Below the pieces are notes generated by a model that was given only the letters and a program-made list of their open reading frames with translations, ran no database searches and was not told where the DNA came from. 33,913 bases of DNA from Ionaspis alba (taxonomy: Eukaryota), in the NCBI GenBank assembly GCA_964255285.1, contig CAXUUL010000089.1, positions 1 to 33,913 of the forward strand. Direction: 5' to 3'. Positions 33,552-33,913 of this stretch are shown here, piece after piece. The first letter of the stretch is position 1; each line of letters begins with the position of its first letter. The translations under genes were made by a program, and so were the position numbers.

Positions 33552-33913
33552 ACGATTGCTATTGAAATGCTGTTGATACTGGTTTCAGGACTGTGTGACA
33601 GCGCCGCATGATTGCACGTCTTTGCCCGAGTTATCAGTGACAGTCCTAAGGCCAGAAAGCCTGACGACTGGAGCTGGCGCGATAGATTGCTCAAACCTCT
33701 TGAAAGAGCAGAAGCCGGCCGGCATGCGCATTTATGGGTGGCAATCCCGTCGTCGTCAAGCTCCTTTTGGAAGAGCAATTGCAGGCACAGACGAGAGAAT
33801 TTGATCGAATTGCCTTGATAAAACCCAAGCGGATGGAATCGACTATCCAATACATCCTGGGTATCACATCCTTTCCAACGCCAAAGCCCACACCCTCATC
33901 ACCTCCCCCCTCC

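Noticed and set aside
33299..33850. 183-aa minus-strand ORF at the window end
   Set aside because: It is antisense to NDUFS5 exon 3 and its 3' UTR, with no recognisable features.
1..33913. CRISPR arrays, tRNA/rRNA genes, TPP riboswitch, prokaryotic systems
   Set aside because: The DNA is eukaryotic with spliceosomal introns. No repeat-spacer array, cloverleaf, rRNA or TPP aptamer core was seen by eye; a covariance-model scan was not run.

Overview
Eukaryotic, intron-rich DNA from a filamentous ascomycete (Pezizomycotina; class not determinable from the sequence alone). After splicing by hand I find 15 protein-coding genes. In order: parvulin PIN4 (partial, +), PXA-domain protein (-, with a 1.15 kb intron), CENP-B/Tc5-HTH DNA-binding protein (-), DRG GTPase RBG1 (-), cysteine dioxygenase (+), GT90/CAP10 glycosyltransferase (-), a three-exon CS-alpha-beta defensin (-), glycogenin (-), F-box/LRR protein (-), EFG1 (-), SEA4/MIOS (+), TPT1 (+), SOH1/MED31 (-), Pal1 (+) and complex I NDUFS5-like subunit (+). 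The standout is the defensin, which the ORF track only half captures. Its predicted mature peptide is [40 protein letters not shown] (plectasin/eurocin/micasin type), and it lies in a ~3.2 kb interval with no other recognisable gene. Other points of interest: a 115-codon AUG-less in-frame extension plus a CCU-UGA-ending uORF upstream of SEA4, an apparent excess of AAG 3' splice sites, a GC-AG intron, and two unusually long introns. All identifications come from motif recognition by eye; no database searches were run.
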